Source: the human T2T-CHM13v2.0 reference genome, Homo sapiens
Length of the DNA: 64,000 nt
Strand: one strand, 5' to 3'
Assembly: GCF_009914755.1 (NCBI RefSeq)
Contig: NC_060932.1
A program made the translations under genes and the position numbers. Shown here piece after piece: positions 55,660 to 64,000 of this stretch; position 1 is the first letter of the stretch; the number at the start of each line of letters is the position of its first letter. The notes under the pieces were generated by a model that saw only the letters and a program-made list of their open reading frames with translations, did no database searches and was not told the DNA's origin.

Positions 55660-56350
55660 TGCAGTCTTCAAAAATATGTATGGTTGTTTTGTGGACACAT
55701 AAGTCATACCCGTATGAAGATATAGAACATTTCTATCACCCTAGAAAGTTAAATCATGCCCATATCACGTCAATCCCACCCCCGCCCACAAATCAATTAC
55801 TGTTCTGCTTTCCATTATTTGCCTGTTGTAGAACTTTATAGAATCAAATCATGCATTATATATTTTTTTGCTTCTTGTTTCTTCCAGTCAGTATAATATC
55901 TGTGATATTCCTCTGTGTTGTGTTTGTATTAGTAGTTCCTCCTTTTAATCTGTGAATTCTATTCCACTTTAAGACTGGATTTTACTTTATCATCATTTCC
56001 ATTTTATCCAGTTTGCATATTCCTTTTCTTGCTGATGCACCTGAGCTGTTTCCAGGTTTTGAATATGATGAACACATCTACCATGTAAATTGTTACACAA
56101 GGCTTTTTGCATCAACATGATTTCATTTCTTTTAGATAAGTACCTAGAAGTGGGAATTCCTGGGTCATAGGGTAGGTGTATATTCAGTGTTATAAACAAT
56201 CACAAAACCTTTAGGTTTTGTGATATTTTGTGTCTCTAATAAGAAAGGATGAGAATTACCCTTCCTCAACATTTTTCCCAACACACGGCATTATCAGTCC
56301 TTTTAATTTTAGATACTTAAAACAGTGTGAAATGGTATCTCATTGTTTCA
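55660..56350 (-). mobile_element. Old L1 3' region (L1MB/ME-class)
   Basis: gatatagaacatttctatcaccctagaaagtt; ORF 55993-56199 contains LNIHLPYDPGIP. Confidence 0.75.
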
Positions 56351-56369
56351 ATTTAACTTCAGAACCTAT

Positions 56370-56960
56370 GAAAAGTTTTACATTCAGTTTTAATGTAGGT
56401 GTCTGCTAATTCTAACAACTATACAAATTCTGAGTCAATTGATTAGTCTCCTCATATTGGTCTTGTTTTCTGGTTTCATTTTTCATGCCTAGTCATCACT
56501 GAATGGATATAAGACATCATGAATTTTACCTTGATAGTTACTGGATTTCAAAAATTCTTATAAGTATTCTTGAGGGTTTTTTCTGAAATTCATTTTAAAT
56601 TACTGAGAAACTGTCTGATACTCTTGGGTGTTGCTTTTACGATTTTTAGTGGGTCTGGAGTGGTGCTCAGTGTAGGGTTAATTATTACTCACCACTGACA
56701 CAAGATACTCTGCATAGACTACCCAATGCCCTATGAATTATGAGCTATTAGGTCTAACTGTTGTGAATAGGCATTATTCCCACCCCTGTGTGAGTACCGG
56801 GCACTGACCCTTTTAGTTGTTTCAGAATTTTTTTTTTTTTTTTACCAGGCTGAGGCTCTTTTCTCTAATGTATGCACTGATAATATTCAGATGAATCCTT
56901 GAAGTTACTCTCCACAGATATTTGGGGTTCTTTCTGTGGGCAACTCCCTTTTTGCTAGAG
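56370..56960 (-). mobile_element. Old L1M 5'-region fragment
   Basis: ctgctaattctaaca...gacatcatgaattttaccttg...tgagtaccgggcactg. Confidence 0.5.
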
Positions 56961-57180
56961 TTTGGACTTTTTCTTAGTGACCAGAGAATAGCAATGAACC
57001 ATCATTTTATAACTGAAACAAAAACCATAACCCCCAAGTCTACCTATCCATGATCTGTAGTTCTCTTCCTTTTTTGATTGCTATTTCTTCCCCAGTGACT
57101 CTTATACTGTTTGTAGGCCTAGACGTTTTGTTTGTGCATTTTTTTGTCTTTTGCTATTTTAATCCCAGGTTATGAGAGCC

Positions 57181-57472
<292 letters not shown>

Positions 57473-58939
57473 GAGAGCTTGTCACCTTCCTCTCTCTCAC
57501 TTTGGGACACTTACAAGGGTGAATATAAGGAAAGGGAGGTGTTAACACATACTAATTCATCATCATGTCATAAATCAAAAGTCTGGCAAGCTGGTTTCAA
57601 TGACAAAAATACATTCACACCTACTAGTCTACATTGTCATTGGATAAAATCCTTATCGCTCATAAAACACTAATCAACCCCAGCTACATATGTGAAATAT
57701 AGCTTTGATCCTAATTCTTTTTCATTTTTTTCTAATTTTCTGCTTAACAGAAGTTCAATAACTAAAGGTGCCACTATTTCTAAACAAAATATTCATTATA
57801 GTCTAAGATATGTTCAGACTTTTGAGAATTCTGACTGCCATATTGAGAGAAAATATCCTTTTAATGTGCTATTAGAAAAGTTTATTTTCTACAATATACA
57901 CTAAATAAAAGTATAAGGAATTTATATTTTATAGATATGACGAAGTATTATTTTCCTTACCTTAAAGCCATCTCTTAATTGTAGGATTAGTTCAAATTAG
58001 AACATCTATTTAATGGCAGAAAACAGTCTTAAAACTAGGGATCTTGAAAATACTTCTCCAAATCTCTATTTCAAATTCCTATGAAAAGTTGTTTTATGTA
58101 TCTTCCAAAGTATATTTGTTTTATTTTTTCTAAGAAGTAGGATATATTTTAAAGTTTTCATAACCACCTAGATTTATTTAGTAACTTTTCTCTAAGAAAT
58201 TAAAGTGGGCTTACTCTTGTAGATTTAACTCAAAAAAAAGTTCTAATAAATAGATGCAATGAGATATATTCTATTTTATTTTTATTTTATGTATTATTTA
58301 GAGTTTTGAACTTTTCATCCAGCAACATTCTGCCTGGCTGCCTCTTTGACTGTAAATCAGATCCCCTCAGATAGAGCATTGCTCCAATGAGGACTTGAGA
58401 GTGCTCATAGGTACATTACTTACTGAATTGCACTCCAGCGTCCTGACAGAACAAAGCACTGGCAAGTGTAACATAAATTTCCACAAAGAAATAACTTCAG
58501 CAATAAACTCTATTTAGGGATAAGAAAGAGGAGAATAACAGGGCAAACTACATAAACGTCATCACAACACAGCACATTAGATGACATTTTTACAGTGACA
58601 TATAAAAATTACCTTGTAGAATCTTGATAGGAACTTACAGCCAAACTTTCTTACAGGAACATAAAGCCTTCTTGATATCATGAAAATCTGTTGCAGTTCT
58701 TCTCAGGAAAGTGGCTTTTCAGGAACATTGTAATTCTGTTTTAATATGGATGTAAGTGCTTTCAATTAATATTCACTATACCGAATAAGCAGGTCTAAAC
58801 AATGTAATGAAATTAATTAATAAGTGATGAATTAAACCACTGATTAAACTTATTTGAAGACCAATTTTACTAAGTACATATAACGTTCTGACTTACATGA
58901 TTGAACATATAGATTTAATAGGATAAAAATAAAATGCAA

Positions 58940-59950
58940 TTTACTATCTCTACGTATGAAAAATAAATATATAACACAAATTTTGTTAGCTGAAACAAAG
59001 GAAAAATAATTCTTTTATAAAATAATCCTCCTGAATGAGAAACATATATACATAAACTGGGAAAAATTAAATATATATGAATACATCATTAAGCTGTAGA
59101 GACAGTGAAGAAACCACAGAGGGCTAAAATAACATGTAAACAGAAGCTGAGAAGCAAATGAAATGTGTGAAATTCAGCTTTTATTCTGAAAATTTCTGCC
59201 AAATTTTGGGAGACTAAAGTTTCCCGTTCCCCTAGGACTGTATGGGCTAGAAAGAACAGAAGTTTTTAATGTGACATGGGTAGTTTAATAAAATATGCCT
59301 GATAAATCTGGTACCCCAAAGTGCCCTATGATAAGCCAAAGAATGAATGAAAAATGAACCCATTATAAAGAAGGGACAGCAAAAATATTTATCCATTTTA
59401 AACTTGTAACTGGATGAAAGAAAAGAAAATCTCCCATGATATTTTGTAACCATGAACTGAGTGTCACATGGATTTTTGCTTGAATTTATGCTTACCCACA
59501 TGTTCAGGAGTAAAACTTGGAGCAGAAATTTTAATTTAAAGTATGGTAAGGTTTGCAGTGCTCCCTGATGACTGATAGAAGAAAGTAAAATCATCTCTAG
59601 GGATGTGCAACATCAATTCATTAAACAAAAACTTTCCAAATATAAAGTTCCAAGGGAAATGAGCAGTTCAGAGTCAAAAATCATAAAAGAAACCACATAA
59701 GTTACAGATGACCCTCAAAGAATGTAAATATCAGAATTATCAGACGATTTTAAATATCTGAAGAAAAGAAAAAAACTGGGAACAAGAGCCTATAGAAAAC
59801 AAGTAAGATTTGGGAGAGAACACTGCATTTTTATAAATAAAGAAGACTTCAAATTTAACATTTAAAACAAAGATTGAACAATAAAAAATAGCTTAGCTAA
59901 TGAACTAGTAGACAGCTTATTCTCAAAAGCTATGTGGTAGTAATATGTTT
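58940..59950 (+). mobile_element. Very old L1M 5'/ORF1-region relic
   Basis: ttgtaaccatgaactgagtgtcacatggattt..gcttgaattta...tcaaagaatgtaaatatcagaattatcagac. Confidence 0.45.
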
Positions 59951-59984
59951 TAAAAACTAGAATTGACATTTTAAGGACAAACTT

Positions 59985-62545
<2,561 letters not shown>

Positions 62546-62547
62546 GA

Positions 62548-63085
62548 TCCAGACAATGGAATCTTATTCGGCACTAAAATTTGAGTAAGGTATTGAGCGA
62601 TGAAAAGACTACTCAGGGAGGAACCATAATGCACATTACAAAGGGAAAGAAGCCAATCTGAAAAGACTGCGTACTGTATGATTCCAACTAAACGACAGTC
62701 TGGAAAAGTTAAAACTTATAGAGACAGTGAAATGATCAGTGTTTGCCAGTGGTTGGGGAAGGAAGAAGAATAGGTGGAGCACAGAGGATTTTCAGGGTGG
62801 TGAAACTACTCTCTATAGTACTAATGCTATATATATGTCATTATCAACTTATCAAAACCCATAGAATGTTTAACACCAAAAGTCATATAAACCATGGACT
62901 TTGATAATGATGTCAATATAGATTCACTGACTGTAACAAAAGTACCACTCTGGGGCAGGATTTTCATGATAGGGGAGGTTGTGTACAAGTGGGTGCAGGG
63001 GATATATAGGAAATTCATGTATCTTCCACTCAGTTTTGCTGTGAACCTCAAACTGATGTAAAAAATAAAGTCTATTTAAAAAGTT
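62548..63085 (+). mobile_element. L1MC1-like 3' end
   Basis: gaagccaatctgaaaag...aataggtggagcacagaggattttcaggg...ttttgctgtgaacctcaaactg..taaaaaataaagtctattt. Confidence 0.8.
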
Positions 63086-63666
63086 AAAGGAAAAAGTTTT
63101 ACTTCCAGACACAAAGGTGTAACTGAATCAGACCAGCTATTCCCCCATAGTCAAAATAACTGATTGTCATGTTCTCCCTCCCTCTCTGTCCTTCTATATT
63201 ACTTTCTGCACAGGGATAGTGTTAGTGCCTTCTGGGATGGGAGAAAGGTCCTTCGAAAGCTCAGAAGATTCAAAGAAGTCTGAGGAATCAAACTGGAGGA
63301 GGGATAAATTCACCCAGATAACACTATCCTTGGGGTATGGTGCCAGGTTCTCCAGCTAGGGCCCTGACTTTGACATCTCACAACTACATCTGTGCATTGA
63401 ACTGTGTTGAAAGTTCACCTGCTCTGACTCTTAGACAAGGGTTTGGTCTTCAGCTCTTTCTGCTAATCTACTGCATGAGATAAGGGCTTCTTTGTAAGCT
63501 GCCAAAGCACTCTGGCTCTCATGCTTAGTTTTCAATGACTTGCTAATTGAGCATGGCTTGCATTGTCAAACCACTCCTCATGCCAACTATGCTAGTCAGG
63601 TTCTCCAGCAATCAGACATTGAGATAACATTAGATTTACAGAAGTTGCACTGACAAGTAACGTCTT

Positions 63667-63930
63667 AGAAAAAAACCAAACACCGCATGTTGTCACTCAC
63701 AGATGGAAACTGAACAATGAGAACACAGGGACACAGGAAGGGGAACATCACACACCGGGGCCTGTTGTGGGGTGAAGGGAGGGGGAATGGATAGCATTAG
63801 GAGATATACCTAATGTTGAATGACGAGTTAATGGATGCAGCACACCAACATAGCACATGTATACATATGTAACAAACCTGCACGTTGTGCACATGTACCC
63901 TAAAACTTAAAGTATAATAAAAAAAATAGA
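63667..63930 (+). mobile_element. L1PA4/5-like 3' end, short 5'-truncated copy
   Basis: accaaacaccgcatgtt...gcattaggagatatacctaatg...gtaacaaacctgcacgttgtgcacatgtaccctaaaacttaaagtataata. Confidence 0.9.
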
Positions 63931-64000
63931 TAAAAGAAAGGAAAGGAGAAAGGCTTACGGAGAAGAACTCATCAGACGGTGATATAAGATCTCGCAAAAT

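Noticed and set aside
63588-64000. LTR16-like ERVL LTR fragments flanking the terminal L1PA
   Set aside because: Only short, very diverged motifs cut off by the window end; cannot be called with confidence

Overview
This is AT-rich primate, very probably human, intergenic or deep-intronic DNA. More than half of it is recognisable interspersed repeat: L1 of many ages (L1M/L1MC/L1MA relics, L1PA15-16, L1PA8, L1PA4-5, L1PA3, L1PA2), Alu (FLAM, J, Sp, Sg, Y), solo LTRs (LTR27/LTR1-like, MER57-family, MLT1, MLT2), MIR, L2 and DNA-transposon relics. I can support no intact protein-coding gene, RNA gene or new multi-gene system. The ORFs I can assign are L1 ORF1/ORF2/ORF0 remnants; the rest look like chance frames. 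The most unusual structures are: (1) an isolated L1PA3-type 5'UTR (promoter, antisense promoter, ORF0, ZNF93-site segment) inserted without poly(A) or TSD into the start of ORF2 of an older L1PA8; (2) a ~515-bp non-repeat segment duplicated 6.5 kb apart (~90% identical), one copy fused to the tail of a twin-primed, 5'-inverted L1; (3) several perfect short inverted repeats replacing expected L1 sequence, plus one pre-miRNA-sized hairpin. Subfamily names come from remembered diagnostic motifs and need RepeatMasker/Dfam confirmation. Boundaries of old elements are approximate.
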